A program made the position numbers and the translations under genes. This document shows positions 1-12,429 of a DNA stretch of 64,000 nt, in pieces. Numbering within the stretch: the stretch's first letter is position 1; each line of letters begins with the position of its first letter. This DNA is from Malacoraja senta (lineage: Eukaryota): assembly GCA_038087875.1 (NCBI GenBank), contig CM075993.1, positions 9,550,001 through 9,614,000 on the forward strand. Reading direction: 5' to 3'. The notes below the pieces were generated by a model. The model was given only the letters and a program-made list of their open reading frames with translations, was not told where the DNA came from and ran no database searches.

Positions 1-2
1 GC

Positions 3-284
3 GAAGACCCCCTGCATGTTGGAGGCCATATTCTCGCAGGTTTTGAGAGTGTGATCCCTTTAACTCTCCAGGAAAGAGATGCCTTGTATTTGCTGGTTCT
101 TTGCAGGTTTTCCCAGGCGCTGGTTTTCGGGACATATAATATTCTGCGTTACCCAGACAATGAAGAGTACCTACAGATCACAACAAGAACTGGCTGGAAG
201 CATTTGCACCAACTCTGGGAGCTAGGAAAAGAAGCAGTGGAGAAGATTTGGTTTGAGACGGCCAAGTCCTACCTCACTCTGTGA
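3..284 (+). CDS. hykk: Hydroxylysine kinase-like copy A, 3' part of last coding exon (gene starts upstream of the window)
   Basis: EDPLHVGGHILAGFESVIPL...TGWKHLHQLWELGKEAVEKIWFETAKSYLTL* matches the HYKK C-terminus as recalled (VGGHVLAGFES...TGWKHL...WFETAKSY); near-identical to 11380-11663 on the minus strand. Confidence 0.88.
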   Translation, partial: EDPLHVGGHILAGFESVIPLTLQERDALYLLVLCRFSQALVFGTYNILRYPDNEEYLQITTRTGWKHLHQLWELGKEAVEKIWFETAKSYLTL

Positions 285-430
285 AACCTCCATTGGTTCT
301 CAGTGCCGGAGTATCAATGCCTTTCCCACAATATCTATATTTGAAAGAAAGATTAAAAGATATTCGAGCAATATTCCGACCATCTGAAATTATATCCAGA
401 TGGATTTTAAGCCATTTTTCACTGGCATCC

Positions 431-492
431 TTTAGTTTAGTTTGGTTTAGTTTAGTTTAGTTTAGTTTATTGTCACCTATGCTGAGGTACAA
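431..492 (-). repeat. (TTTAG)n microsatellite tail plus short remnant of a LINE 3' end
   Basis: tttagtttag... run followed by tttattgtcacc; a longer version lies at 10998-11232 in the paralogous flank. Confidence 0.7.
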
Positions 493-1294
493 ATAGGTAG
501 ATGGTTGTTCAGCACTGCTCTCTGGTTTATGTTTTTCACTGTCCACCTTTCTGTCACTTTTCCCACTGTAACTGAATCAACAGTCCAAGTGTGAACCTCT
601 CTACAATCACTGAGTCCCCAGTCCAGAGCTTCCCCTGCGTGGACCTGAAACGGTGCAGTCAACCATCATGAGATGTGATGCCTGGTAAATAGTCTCACTA
701 TCCTCTGTCTGATTGTCCTGCACATACTGGAACCCAAATCTTGGAACTAATCTCCAAACCCCATACCATTCCTGATTACATAGTGGGTAATTTTCTGTCA
801 GGTTTGTGTTTGTAAATGATCTACAATCTGTACATGAATGGGATTGAAATTGCACCAAAACTCCTCCACATGTTGATTTACACTGTTATTTACATTGTCA
901 ATAGCTGAATTATCTCCCAAGGACTGTTGTGAAATGCTCTTTGAAGACCAGTTCACATACGATGTACATATTGCAAAGCAGTTTGGAGAATTTCTTCTTA
1001 ATTGCCGTTTGGCCACGTTTTTCCTTCCTCGTGTAATGCCAGAGTTCATTCATCTCCTTCCACTTCAACTCCATGCAGGCACTTTTGTCATGCACTATCC
1101 TTTGCCAGTCTCTTCCAACAACCCCCATCATCACTTCCATTGTTTACTTCTTGCTGTCTTCCATCCTTCCCGACTTGCTCTGCAATCTAAAACTTATTCC
1201 AACTTCACTTTTTCAATTTCTATCGAAAGATCACCAATTTGAAATGTTAACTCTTCTTCCCTCTCCACATTTGGTGAGAATTAGTCATAGAGTC

Positions 1295-1843
1295 ATTGTG
1301 TACAGTTTTGGTCTCCTAATTTGAGGAAGGACATCCTTGTGATTGAGGCAGTGCAGCGTGGATTCAAGAGATTGATCCCTGGGATGGCGGGACTGTCATA
1401 TGAGGAAAGATTGAAAAGACTAGGCTTGTATTCACTGGAGTTTAGAAGGATGAGGGGATCTTATAGAAACATATAAAATTATAAAAGGACTGGACAAGCT
1501 AGATGCAGGAAAAAATGTTCCCAATGTTGGGCGAGTCCAGAACCAGGGGCCACAGTCTTAGAATAAATGGGAGGCCATTTAAGACTGAGGTGAGAAAAAA
1601 ACGTTTTCACCCAGAGAGTTGTGAATTTTTGGAATTCCCTGCCACAGAGGGCAGTAGAGGCCAAATCACTGGATGGATTTAAGAGAGAGTTAGATACAGC
1701 TCTAGGGGCTGGTGGAATCAAGGGATATGGGGAGAAGGCAGGCATGGGTTAATGATTGGGGACAATCAGCCAGGATCACAATGAATGGCGGTGCTGGCTC
1801 GAAGAGCTGAATGGCCTCCTCCTGCATCTATTTTCTATGTTTC
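1295..1843 (+). mobile_element. CR1/HER1-type LINE 3' fragment
   Basis: Nearly identical to 45957-46510; ends in tttctatgtttc; absent from the paralogous site near 10195-10205. Confidence 0.85.
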
Positions 1844-1844
1844 T

Positions 1845-2175
1845 AGAGTGATACAGTGTGGAAACAAGCCCTTCACTTGCCCACATGGGCCAACATGTTC
1901 CAGCTATACTAGTCCCACCTGCCTGCGTTTGGTTCATATCCCTCCAAACTTGTTCTGTTTCTTAAACATTGTGACAGTCCCAGCCTCAACTACCTCCTCT
2001 GGCAGCTTGTGCTGTACACCCACCACCCTTTGTGTGAAAAAGCTATCCCTCAGATCCCTATTAAATCTTTTCCCCTTCACCCTGAACCTTTATCCTCTGC
2101 TCCGCGATTCCCGTACTTTGGGCAAGAGATTCTGTGCATCGACCCGATTTATTCCTCTCATGATTTTATACACAT
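1845..2175 (-). mobile_element. Older CR1-type LINE 3' fragment
   Basis: Minus-strand VYKIMRGINRVDAQNLLPKVRESRSRG resembles a CR1 ORF2 C-terminus; paralogous copy at 9955-10200. Confidence 0.65.
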
Positions 2176-2516
2176 GCATCATTTGCAGCATTTTAAATGT
2201 TTTTTTAATATAATTATGGACAGATATGGTGATGGGGCAGATGAGCAGATGAACATGGTAAATGGGACATATGTGATCATGGGATGGATATGGTGAAGGT
2301 ATGATATAATGATATGATACTGTGAGGATATGGAAGCCTAGCATGATGCAGTGCTCCTGGTGTTATGACCCAAAACCCGGAAAGATAAAAATATAAATAT
2401 TCTAACATGTGCATTGTGTTTCAATTTTATGCTGAAATTTTCCTCACATTGGTTATAAACTGGTTATAACAGAACTATGTATACATTAAAACTCTCAACA
2501 TGAAAATATTCAACAG

Positions 2517-2812
2517 TGGGCAGCACAGTGGTGCAGCTGTAGAGTTGCGACCTTACAATGCCAGAGACCTGTGTTTGATCCTGACAACGGGTGCTGTCTG
2601 TACAGAGTTTGTACGTTCTCCCTGTGACCGTATGGGTTTTCTCCAGGGGCTCGGGTTTCCTCCCACATCCCAAAGATGTACAGGTTTACAGGTTAATTGA
2701 CTTTGGTAAGTTGTTCAATTGTCCCTAGTTTGTGTAGGGTAGTGTACAGGATCGCTGGTCGGCGCAAACCTGGTGGGCCGAAGGGCCTGTTTCTGTGCAG
2801 TATCTCTAAACG
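2517..2812 (+). mobile_element. HE1-type tRNA-derived SINE
   Basis: tRNA-like head (gtggtgcagctgtagag...gtttgatcc), gagtttgtacgttctccc body, gggccgaagggcctgtttc tail. Confidence 0.8.
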
Positions 2813-3265
2813 TCTAAAGTTGCTGATTTTAAATACATGGGAATGACATTTCAAGAATCAGACATAACTCTGGATATTAGTAGGTATTGCACAGAACCAC
2901 TTTGGAATTCAGGGCCATTTTTTCATTTCACCCTTCAATCAGGTCAACATTTATTAAATGACTAGACTAAGTGGGACCCGTTGGGTCCCAGCTTCACACG
3001 GGAGGGCTGGTCCCCCAATGCAAAATTCCACCTCTCCACCAATTCCAATATTGGTGGCCAGTGGGGGGGGGGGGGCTTTCTGGAGCGCTAGTATAGGTGT
3101 TGTGGGCTGAAGGGACTGGTTTCCAGAGGGCTAGTATGGACATTGTGGGCCGAATGGGTTCTTGGGCTGGCGGCTCAGTCACTCAAGCCTGTTGTGCTGG
3201 CAGCTCACTCACTCACGGCTGGTCGGCTGGAAGTTGACTCATGGCTATTCCTTGAAATTCCATTC

Positions 3266-3525
3266 CAAGCAGGGTGCAAGGCCACCAAATTCAAATGCAG
3301 TTTCCTGCCTTCAAGCACGGTGCAAGGCCACCAAACTCAAGTGCAGTTTCCTGCCACTTCAAGCAGGGTGCAAGGCCACCAAATTCAAGTATAGTTTCCT
3401 GCCACTTCAAGCAGGGTGCAAGGCCACGAAACTCAAGTGCAGTTTCCTGCCACTTCAAGCAGGGTGCAAGGCCACCAAATTCAAGTGCAGTTTCCTGCCA
3501 CTTCAAGCTGGGTGCAAGGCCACTA
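3266..3525. repeat. 48-bp tandem repeat inside the Helitron
   Basis: Unit aagcagggtgcaaggccaccaaattcaagtgcagtttcctgccacttc, ~5 copies; a related unit occurs at 37973-38240. Confidence 0.9.
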
Positions 3526-3867
3526 AAGACAGAGAGTCGTGACCTCTGCCTCCCTCATCTTGCAGAGACCGGGCCACGGCCACACTTCTGGGTTTTATAG
3601 TCCCTCCCACCGGAAGGGGCGTGGCCTTCATGGCATGATTGACAGGAGAGAGAATCTCAACATTTCTTAAACACTAATAACTCTTTTATTTTTCATCCAT
3701 GGGATAAATCCTCGGCACCTGATGAACGGAGGGGGACTCTGAGTAAGATGGTCAAAAATCACAGCCGTATGTGGTAGCATTAGTTCTAAAATCAATATAC
3801 AGCACAAAGAGGAAGTGGTCAAGATTAGACTTTTAATTATATAGAAGGCAAGGCCACTTTTCAATAA

Positions 3868-4312
3868 GGCCAGGCCACTTTAGCATTTTCAAACCACAGG
3901 CCACTTTAGCATTTTCAAACCACAGGCCACTTTAACATTTTCAAACCAAAGGCAACTTTAGCATTTTCAAACCACAGGCAACTTTAGCATTTTCAAACCG
4001 CAGGCAACTTTAGCATTTTCAAACTGCAGGCAACTTTAGCATTTTCAAACTACAGGCAACTTTAGCATTTTCAAACCACAGGCAACTTTAGCATTTTCAA
4101 ACCACAGGCAACTTTAGCATTTTCAAACCGCAGGCAACTTTAGCATTTTCAAACCACAGGCAACTTTAGCATTTTCAAACCACAGGCAACTTTATCGTTT
4201 TCAAACCACAGGCAACTTTAGCATTTTCAAACCAAAGGCAACTTTAGCATTTTCAAACCACAGGCAACATTAGCATTTTCAAAGCAAAACACACTTTTGC
4301 ATTTTCAAACCA
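3868..4312. repeat. 26-bp minisatellite inside the Helitron
   Basis: Unit ggcaactttagcattttcaaaccaca, ~17 copies. Confidence 0.9.
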
Positions 4313-5134
4313 CATTAAGGGACAGGTCAGTGAAACCACTCACAGTTTAGTAGACATGTGTTCAGTATTATTCACAGCTCAGACGGAAAGCTGTGACCTC
4401 TCCCTCCCCCATCTTGCAGAGAACTGAGGCACCTCCACACTTCCGTGTTTTACAGTCCCTCCCCACCCCACCAGAAGGGGCGTGGCCTTCATGGCATGAT
4501 TGACAGGAGAGAGAATCTCAACATTTTTAAAATATATAATAAGTCTTTTATTTTTCATCGATGGGAAAAATCCTCTGGCCCTGCGGAGCGGAGGGGGACT
4601 CTGAGTAAGATGGCCAAAAATCACAGCCGTAAGTCGTAGTGTTTTTTCTAAAATCAATATGCAGTGCAACAGGAAGTGGTCAAGATCAGAGTATTAATTA
4701 TATAGATGCTGCGGAACTTCCATGCAGTCACAGTACCAACCTCAGTTGAAGCAGAGAACAACACTCAGATAGGCTAAATAGCTAATTTAACAACCCCAAC
4801 CAAACATACATTCTAGGCAACTGTACCTTCAATTGGACAGAGCTGGTATGTTATGACAGTAAAATGTATGTGTTTAAGATCTATCATTACAAAACCAGAC
4901 ATGCTTGAAACATTCAGCAGGTTAGACAGCATTTTTTCATGTGGGTGATAACAGATGTACTGAGTATATTTATTCATGTTACTGTGGTATTTACAGGTTT
5001 TGAGTGCATGTTGATTTGCGCTCAGAGTAGAACTGCAGATTTCTACACCTGTCTGACTGTGAAGATTACACATTCTGTGCTACAGACCACCGGAATCCAT
5101 CGTAAGGCAACACCACCCTCTTTGGAGGAGTAAA

Positions 5135-5850
5135 CCACCGGGTGGCCGTGATGGCAGCCTTGCCAACAGTCTGTCTGGCCTTTTGTCTCTTTTTTTGTTA
5201 TTTTGAGTGTGTTTTAAAAGTTTGTGTTAATATTCTCTGGTTTGTTTTAGATGGGGGGTGGGGCAAACTTTAAAAAATATATATCTTACCTTGCGACTGT
5301 TTTCCGGGTCGCTCTGCATCCTAACATCGTGGAGCTGGAGGCCTTGCTCGGGCATGACTTTGAGCCCCACCACGGGGCGTGGACTTACCTTCGGAGCATA
5401 TCCCTTGTCTGGGATCGATGCTCCAACCGCGGCCTGCAGACTTTAAACTCAAGGGCTCGCAGTCTCGGGACAGACTGAGTCCGGAACTTCATAGTCGCAG
5501 AAGGTTTTGACCAGCCCTGACCCGGTGTCAATCGCCAGCATGGGGGAGCTGACATCCCCCTGATGCAGGAGCTTGATCGCTCCGATGTGGAGGGCTCGCC
5601 GCCGGCTACTGGAATCGAGATCAACCCGTCAACGGAAGGCTCGAGGCTCCCGACTGCGGGAGAACAAAGAAGGGAAGAGATTGAACTATTTTTCGCCTTC
5701 CATCACAGTGAGGAATATGGAAGAGTCACTGTGGTGGATGTTTATGTTAAAATATATTTTGTGTATTCTGTTGCTTTTTATTAGTATGACTGTATAACAA
5801 ATCAAATTCCTCATATGTTGCAAAACATACTTGGCTAATAAAGTATGATT
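5135..5850 (+). mobile_element. GC-rich non-coding interspersed repeat (SINE-like or non-autonomous LINE derivative)
   Basis: Shares organisation and the ccatcacagtgagga...cactgtggtgg hairpin with 41420-42095 and 55395-56010; ends in ggctaataaa. Confidence 0.6.
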
Positions 5851-5904
5851 ATATTAGAATGTAACGTCGTGGGGAGGGGGGTGAAATATGAGATGTTAGC
5901 TAAA

Positions 5905-6170
5905 TTGCCAGTTGTTAAACACTTTAATTATCCTTCCCATTCCCACACAGACCTTGCTGTCCTGGGTCTCATCCATTGTCAGAGTGAGGCTAAATGCAAA
6001 TTGGAGGAACAGCATCTCATATTTTGCCCGGGCAGCTTACAGCCCAGTGGTATGAATATTGATTTCTCTAACTTCAAGTAACCCCTGCACTCCCTCTCTC
6101 TCCATCCCTCCCCCACCCAAATCACACCAGCTTTCATTCTCACCCAGCTACAGCTAACAATGGCCTGTTT
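5905..6170 (+). mobile_element. Penelope-like element fragment (end of GIY-YIG domain)
   Basis: LPVVKHFNYPSHSHTDLAVLGLIHCQSEAKCKLEEQHLIF is homologous to the C-terminus of the 20429-21085 element; paralog at 21600-21850 (-). Confidence 0.75.
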
Positions 6171-6371
6171 TTTGACATGCTGATTTGAAATTCGTTTTTG
6201 TTGATGTGGGGATGCCTGACTTTAAACATATTAAACATGTGTTGAACCGTACAGTACAAGGTTCTTGAGAGTCATCCTTTGATGTGCAGCCAGCTATAAC
6301 AACACATGACAAGTCCAAGAGAATTCTCTATACTAAGAGTAAATACAAATAGAGGATTAAATAGCATATTT

Positions 6372-6500
6372 AAGAAAGAACTGCAGATGCTGGAGAAATC
6401 AAAGGTAGACAAAAATTCTGGAGAAACAGCGGGTGAGGCAGCATCTATGGAACGAAGGAATAGGTGACGTTTCGCGGCGAGACCCTTCTTCGGACTCTGA
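6372..6500 (-). mobile_element. Penelope-like terminal repeat fragment
   Basis: gaactgcagatgctgg...ggcagcatctatgg...gtgacgtttcg...gacccttcttc; paralog at 21275-21405. Confidence 0.65.
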
Positions 6501-7692
6501 ATGTAATGTTTTAAAAGATATTAGTGCTTTTAAGAACCTATTGTGATTGGTGATAAGGAATTAGAAAGTGGACAAAATTTCAATCGGTCAATATCTGTGT
6601 AAAGGCAGATGTTTGCGAGCAGAATTTTAGAGCAGTGCGGAAACGACTGTGCTGCTCACCTTGGGCACAAGTAAATAAAGCGTGTCTGGGGAAAGAATGC
6701 AAATTGTCAGAGTCCAGTTGCATGGTGACGACAATGGGATGAGCAAAAGATACCTTGGTCAGCAGAGATGAATTGGGCTGAAGGGCCTTTCCATGCTATG
6801 ACTCCGACTGAGCCTGTGAAAATGTAAAATATTAATAATACCAGTCGTCCAACAATTTCCAAACCTCAAATTCCAAATTCTGATTTATTATAGGACTTGG
6901 ATTATAAAATCTGTGCCCTGCAGATTGACGTGTACGCTGTTGAAGGGGTGCCCGTGCTTCATGTTTAGCTAGGGGGACAGATGAGGCAGATCGATCTGCA
7001 AATTACAAATTGTAGGAGTTTGCAGAGAATTGATGGGGTTAGTTCACTCAAAAAGTGGTTAAATGTTTGAAAATATGTCAGTTGAACACAGTGGTAAAGT
7101 ACAGCGTGCAAACTCAAGGCCACAGGCAACAAGATCCCAAACACAACTGTGAAAATCCCTTTATGACATGGAAGCACTTGATACATCCTAATCATCCCAC
7201 ACATATAAGGAAGCATGTTTTCTCAGCAGTGTGTTCACTGTGTTCTGTGTGAAAGTTGTTAGTTGAATTCGATAGTTTTTGTTTTGTTTTGTTAGTTCTA
7301 ATATGTTCAGTTTTTAGTGAAAGTCTGCAGACCCTTGAATACTCCGCTCCGATACCACACAAACACTGTGTCTGAATAAAAAGCATGAAACACTACCAAT
7401 TCATCATAACTAATTAATACTACAATATTAGAATTTGTCTCGAGATTCTAAACAACACAATTTCTGTTTGTAGCTGTTAGCGTCCCCTTGGGGAGACTGG
7501 GCCGTTTTAGTTACCATCGTATTCATTCACACTCACACTGGATCCACCGCACAGATAGCTAGTCAAAGACTGGAACTTCGACGCTCTGACAGGACCTTGA
7601 TCCTTAACCAAACCACCCGTCGCAATTGCTCTTCCCTGTCTGGCGCCGCAATTGCCCCCTATATCTCTCTTGGCAAAGAATGTGATAGCGTA

Positions 7693-7944
7693 AGGGCCTG
7701 TCCCACTTGGGCGTCATTTGCGCGTCATGCAGATGGCGCGCAAAGATTTTCTACATGCCAAAATCCTGGGGCGCCATGCACGAATGTGCGTCACTGCCTA
7801 TGTCACCACCCACCATGCGCGCGTAATGCACACCATGCTCACGTAATGCGCACCATGCACGTGACACGTGCGCATCATGCGTCGTGACGCGTAAATGATG
7901 TAGCGTAAATGACGTGCAAATGGTGTCCAAGTGAGACAGGCCCT
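7693..7944. mobile_element. MITE, PIF/Harbinger-like (3-bp TSD)
   Basis: TIRs AGGGCCTGTCCCACTTGG / CCAAGTGAGACAGGCCCT; TSD GTA (7690-7692, 7945-7947); empty site in the paralog near 19458-19460. Confidence 0.85.
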
Positions 7945-8462
7945 GTACTTCAACTACTCTACACAGGAAGAAATCTGCGTTCCAGCGATAGGTTCAGTCG
8001 TTCTCCCGTATAGTGAAACTAAAGGTTAGCCATCACACTTTATTTACTTGTACACAAGGAGAGCAGCACTGTCCCAGTCACTGTACTCTGAAATTATAAT
8101 CAGAACGGTTAACTTTTGATACAGATTTTGACCCTTGGAATTGTGCGCACTTTCTCATTTCTTATCATCAATAACAATACGTTCTCCAAACATTGATATA
8201 CAAATGCAATAACACTAATACAAGTAAACCTACATGGTATTTAATCCTTTATTTAATTTTCAATATCAAGAACCATGTAGTGTGCGTCAATCCTAAAACA
8301 TTGGGGTACGTCAATGAATACCAATCAGGGACATTGATGTTCGTCAATGATTGACTAAAGGTTGTTGTGCTGCACAGCTATCCTAACCTTGGTCATACTG
8401 CAGTTTCCACAGGGAGCAACATTCACTTATTTAATGTGTTTCATTCTTCTCCTGTCTTTCAG

Positions 8463-8799
8463 ATGTCTGACTCGGATGAAGCTGCTGTAATCAGACCCTC
8501 ACTGAGTGAGGCCCAGGTGGTGGAGTTGGTCGGACGGTTGTACGGTCTGAAGGTTTCAAAAGTCAAACCACTGCCCAGTTACATGGACCAGAACTTCCAC
8601 GTCCTGGTATGCGAGACCCAGGAAGGTGGAGATCACGGGGAGAGCTACGTCCTCTAGGTTCTAAACACTGCCGAGAGCCAAGACGCTGATTTGGTGGAAG
8701 CATAAACGCGAGTCATGATGTTCCTAAACCTGAAAGGTTTTCCTACAACCACACCAATCACAACCATTGATGGCAAGATTATGTCCCTGGAGACAATCA
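8463..8799 (+). pseudogene. hykk: hykk copy B, coding exon 1 with premature stops
   Basis: ag|ATG MSDSDEAAVIRP...LPSYMDQNFHV...; TAG at 8655-8657 and TAA at 8703-8705 where copy C has AAG and CAA; donor gtgagt at 8800; 337 nt, same as copy C. Confidence 0.88.
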
Positions 8800-8966
8800 G
8801 TGAGTTTCATTAATTGTTTTTTCTGCATTTACAGATGTTTGATAATTGTCCACATTTTCATAATTCTCTGAAAATACTAAAACTAATCAGAAACATCATT
8901 TCAGCTTCGGAAGGATAAGACAGAGACAGAGTACATGACAAGAAAACTGTGTTCTCTATTTTGAAG

Positions 8967-9106
8967 GTTGTGGTGAAGAATATAAGAACCACATGGTCCG
9001 CTTGTTGACCTACCTGCCAGGAACTCAACTACTGGGGATCCCTGCAGACCCACAGATCTTGTACAAAATTGGCCGAACACTTGGTCAGATTAACATAGCT
9101 CTGACA
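8967..9106 (+). pseudogene. hykk: hykk copy B, coding exon 2 (no downstream exons found)
   Basis: ag|..CGEEYKNHMVRLLTYLPGTQLLGIPADPQILYKIGRTLGQINIALT|gtaaat; 140 nt; homology to copy C ends near 9405. Confidence 0.85.
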
Positions 9107-9279
9107 GTAAATCCATTTATTCTACTTCCAGCATTCTCTGAATAAGCCGTGTCTGAAACCAGTTTGCTTGTGTGGTTCAAATTAAAGGGCCATCTTGTGG
9201 TAACAGATCAGAACTACTTTGCACCTTGAAACAATCAGTACATCTTGAAGCATTTTTTTTAAAGGATTCCCTCTTATTT

Positions 9280-9450
9280 ACACAAAAGGTCACAAATTGC
9301 TGGAGTCGCTCAGCAGATCAGGCAGCATCTTTAGAGAAGATAGAAAAGTGACGTTTTGGATCGAGACCCTTCTTCAGACTGATTATGGGGAGGAGGGGGG
9401 AGAAGATAGCTGGAAAAGGGGGAGAGACAGGACTAAGTGTGGCAGGTAAT
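9280..9450 (-). mobile_element. Penelope-like terminal repeat fragment
   Basis: tgctggagtcgctcagc...ggcagcatct...gacgttttggatcgagacccttcttcagactga; paralog at 18030-18150. Confidence 0.65.
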
Positions 9451-9954
9451 AGATGCCTGATGTTATGAAGAAGATATTGAGACAAGTTTTTGAGAAAGAC
9501 TGGATGGACAGCACTGACATTCCCTACCAATCGGGTGTCTTATTGTGTACCCAGACAATGGTGCAAACAATGGTCTATGACAATGGTCTGTTGCTGCCAC
9601 TGCACAATAATTCTAAGAGACAGAAAACAAGACTGTCGATAACTCCACAATATTGTTCATATGTTTTAATAGTCAAGTGTGAGGAAAATTACAGCATAAA
9701 ATTGAAACACAATTCACATGTTAGAATATTTATATTTTTATCTTTCAGGGTTTTGGGTCATAACACCAGGACCACTGCATCTCGTTAGGCTACCATATCC
9801 GCACAGTATCATATCATTGTATCATCCCTTCACCATATCCATCCCATGATCACATATGCCCCATTTACCATGTTCATCCGCTCAATATCTGCCCCATCAC
9901 CATATCTGTCCACAATTATATATTTTTTAAACATTTAAAATGCTGCAAATGATG

Positions 9955-10200
9955 CATGTGTATAAAATCATGAGAGGAATAAATTGGGTAGCTGCACAGA
10001 ATCTCTTGCCCAGAGTAGGGGAATCGCGGACCAGAGGATATAGGTTCAGGGTGAAGGGGGAAAGATTTAATAGGAATCTGTGGGATAACTTTTTCACACA
10101 AAGAGTGGTGGGTGTATGACACAAGCTACCAGAGGAGGTAGTTGAGGCTGGGACATGTTGGCCCGTGTGGGCCTGTTTCCACACTGTATCACTCTATGAT
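9955..10200 (+). mobile_element. Older CR1-type 3' fragment (paralog of 1845-2175)
   Basis: Inverted near-copy of 1845-2175 with an internal deletion. Confidence 0.6.
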
Positions 10201-10997
10201 TCTATGACACTAATTCTCACCAACTGTGGAGAGGGAAAAAGAGTTAACATTTCAGGTTGGTGATCTTTCGATAGAAATGGAAAAAGTGAAGTTGGAATAA
10301 GTTTTAGATTGCAGAGCAAGTCGGGAAGGATGGAAGACAGCAAGAAGTAAACAATGGAAGTGGTGATGGGGGTTGTTGGATGAGACTGGCAAAGGATAGT
10401 GCACAACAAAAGTGCCTGCATGGAGTTGAAGTGGAAGGTGATGAATGAACTCTGACATTACTTGGGGAAGGAAAAACGTGGCCAAATGGCAAAGAAGAAA
10501 AAATTCTCCTAACTGCTTTGCAATGTGTACATCGTATTTGAACTGGTCTTCAAAGAGCATTTCACAACAGATCCTTGAGAGATGATTCAGCTATTGACAA
10601 TGTAAATAACAGTGTAAATCAACATGTGGAGGAGTTTTGGTGCAATTTCAATCCCATTCATGTACAGATTGTAGATCATTTACAAACACAAACCTGACAG
10701 AAAATTACCCACTATGTAATCAGGAATGGTATGAGGTTTGGAGATTAGTTCCAAGATTTGGGTTCCAGTATGTGCAGGACAATCATACAGAGGATAGTGA
10801 GACTATTTACCAGGCATCACATCTCATGATGGTTGGCTGCACCATTTCAGGTCCACGCAGGGGAAGCTCTGGACTGGGGACTCAGTGATTCACACTTGGA
10901 CTGTTGATTCAGTTACAGTGGGAAAAGTGACAGAAAGGTGGCCAGCGAAAAACATAAACCAGTGAGCAGTGCTGAACAACTATCTACCCCTTTGTTG

Positions 10998-11232
10998 ATG
11001 CTCGGACTATCCTTGATTGAACTTTGCTGGCTTTACCTTGCACTAAACGTTATTCCCTTATCAAGTATCTATACACTGTAAATGGATCGATTGTAATCAT
11101 GTATTGTCTTTCTGCTGACTAGTTAGCATGCAACAAAAGCTTTTCACTGTACCTCGGTATAGGTGACAATAAACTAAACTAAACTAAACTAAATTAAACT
11201 GAACTATACTAAACCAAACCAAACTAAACTAA
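10998..11232 (+). mobile_element. LINE (Rex/L2-like) 3' end with (AAACT)n tail
   Basis: aaaagcttttcactgtacctcgg...gtgacaataaactaaact; same family on the minus strand at 40855-41050 and 51020-51260. Confidence 0.6.
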
Positions 11233-11379
11233 AGGATGCCAGTGAAAAATGGCTTAAAATCCATCTGGATATAATTTCAGATGGTAGGAATATTGCTCGA
11301 TTGTGTTTTAATCTTTCTTTCAAATATAGATATTGTGGGAAAGGCATTGATACTCCGGCACTGAGAACCAATGGAGGTT

Positions 11380-11855
11380 TCACAGAGTGAGGTAGGACTT
11401 GGCCGTCTCAAACCAAATCTTCTCCACTGCTTCTTTTCCTAGCTCCCAGAGTTGGTGCAAATGCTTCCAGCCAGTTTTTGATGAGATCTGTAGGTACTCT
11501 TCATTGTCTGGGTAACGCAGAATATTATATGTCCCGAAAACCAGCGACTGGGAAAACCTGCAAAGAACCAGCAAATACAAGGCATCCCTTTCCTGGAGAT
11601 TTAAAGGGATCACACTCTCGAAACCTGCGAGAATATGGCCTCCAACATGCAGGGGGTCTTCTCTGTCCAGCGTGAGATACATTATGCAGATGGCCAAGTC
11701 ATACACATAGTAACTACTAGCCGTTTCGCCAAAGTCCAGGATGCCAGAAATCTCCAGCTCCTGCTGCATGTGACCTGCTGCATTGGAGCAATCAGCTGAT
11801 GAATGAAGAAGCTGCACAAGAATGTTGGTGTGACTGAAGTCCCCGTGAATAATGC
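11380..11855 (-). CDS. hykk: hykk copy C, coding exon 4 (last)
   Basis: ccaacag|GC ATT ATT CAC GGG GAC: IIHGDFSHTNILV...GILDFGE...WFETAKSYLTL*; contains the HxDxxxxN and DFG motifs of APH/choline-kinase-fold kinases; 476 nt. Confidence 0.92.
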
Positions 11856-12429
11856 CTGTTGGACATACAAATGTTGCAACATTTTACCATCTATACATAA
11901 CTAAAACTATGATCTTGTTATCTTCTGGTTTGCACGGTCTTTCTATTTGCGCAAAAAAGGTACGCGATAGTGCTACGCACATCGTTCTCCTCTGCTGCGA
12001 GTGTACCGTTTCGTTCCAATCGGTGGCATAATGTAAAAGTTAGCAAGGTTTAAAAATCTTTAAAATGGCGCATGCGCAGATCGATCTCCTCTCCTGCCTG
12101 TCAGCGCCGCGCGTTAGTCTCTTCTCCTGTGTAATGAACCGGATTTGATAAAGGACCTCGAGGTTAATGAGCCATTAGGAGGTACTGACCATAACATGGT
12201 CAGGTTTAATCTACAATTGGAGAGGGAGAAGGGTAGATCAGAGGTGTCAGTGTTACAGTTGAATAAAGGGGACTATGGGGCCATGAGGGAGGAGCTGGCC
12301 AAGTTACAATTGGGGCACCTTTGTCGGGCCCGTCCCCCGGGAGCAGTGCCGAACCCCGGGGGTCGTGGCGGGGTAGTGTTCATCCGATGGCTGGTAGTGC
12401 TGGCAAAGTTAATATCATGGTCAGCCGGT

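Larger units (their letters stand above)
2962..4706 (-). mobile_element. Non-autonomous Helitron with two tandem 5' heads (4706 and 3845) and internal minisatellites
   Basis: Minus strand begins A|TCTATATAATTAA and ends with hairpin TGGGACCC-aac-GGGTCCCA (2972-2990) then acttagtCTAG|T; inserted between A and T with no TSD. Confidence 0.85.

Noticed and set aside
477..1324. Short ORFs in the hykk 3' flank, repeated at 10194-10888
   Set aside because: Their conservation is explained by recent duplication; there are indels between copies and no domain signal.
2517..2600. tRNA genes at SINE heads (also 25113, 28692, 42640)
   Set aside because: They continue into SINE bodies and tails and do not form convincing cloverleafs.
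3143..3600. Repetitive ORFs LQAGCKATKFKCSFLP (also 37905-38265)
   Set aside because: A 48-bp tandem unit open in several frames on both strands.
9730..9950. Acceptor-like tctttcag and a His/Ile/Pro-rich possible exon
   Set aside because: Stops in the frames examined, the paralog has ccg in place of cag, and no recognisable protein.
11380..11855. Bacterial aminoglycoside phosphotransferase or horizontal transfer
   Set aside because: The APH-like motifs belong to a spliced vertebrate HYKK with GT-AG introns.
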